Shown here: piece after piece, positions 63,859 to 64,000 of the stretch
Layout: each line of letters begins with the position of its first letter
How positions within the stretch are numbered: position 1 is the stretch's first letter
Assembly (NCBI GenBank): GCA_965644295.1
Contig: CBFFRP010000015.1
Location: forward strand, 55,926-119,925
Length of the DNA: 64,000 nt
Source: Paraphysomonas bandaiensis
Taxonomy: Eukaryota > Protista > Chrysophyceae
Direction of reading: 5' to 3'
The notes under the pieces: model-generated
The model's input: the letters and a program-made list of their open reading frames with translations, nothing else
What the model was told of the DNA's origin: nothing
The model's database searches: none
Position numbers and translations under genes: made by a program

Positions 63859-64000
63859 ATTGCTAATCCCAACAATCACATTCCCTACAGTTTGTATTCC
63901 TAACTACATGGTACACGTATACAATACAGTACTGTACTACTAATCATATAATACAGGACATGTACACGTATATATTCTATATGTAAGTGGATAGTCCTAC

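Overview
Intron-rich eukaryotic nuclear DNA in the standard genetic code, with mostly short (~45-65 nt) GT-AG introns. It is probably from a flagellated stramenopile such as a chrysophyte-like ochrophyte; that taxon call is inference from gene content and style. About 17 host genes are present: the 3' end of a MORN-repeat gene, SDHB, REV3 (Pol zeta), proteasome alpha5, a class I cyclic-nucleotide PDE, a GYF protein, VPS50, an APC/LAT amino-acid permease, a multi-repeat p25alpha/TPPP protein, a divergent TFIIA large subunit, a Slo/BK K+ channel, a two-WW-domain protein, a UBL-WLM-PUB (Wss1-type) protease, an LRR protein, SAS6-like, and two unknown genes. Six gene pairs are arranged head-to-head. 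The most striking non-host feature is a 3,370-bp TIR element (34371-37740) inserted in phase into a (TATG)n microsatellite. It carries a decayed Mutator-type transposase fragment and a second, convergent gene (MuDR-like layout), and contains a nested hAT-type element with a perfect 8-bp TSD. Also seen: an older second copy of that hAT element, a five-copy hairpin-rich repeat family with long inverted arms, a 1-kb (TATG)n array, and a 70-bp inverted copy of one complete proteasome exon with its splice sites. Exon boundaries and domain calls were made by eye; no database searches were run.
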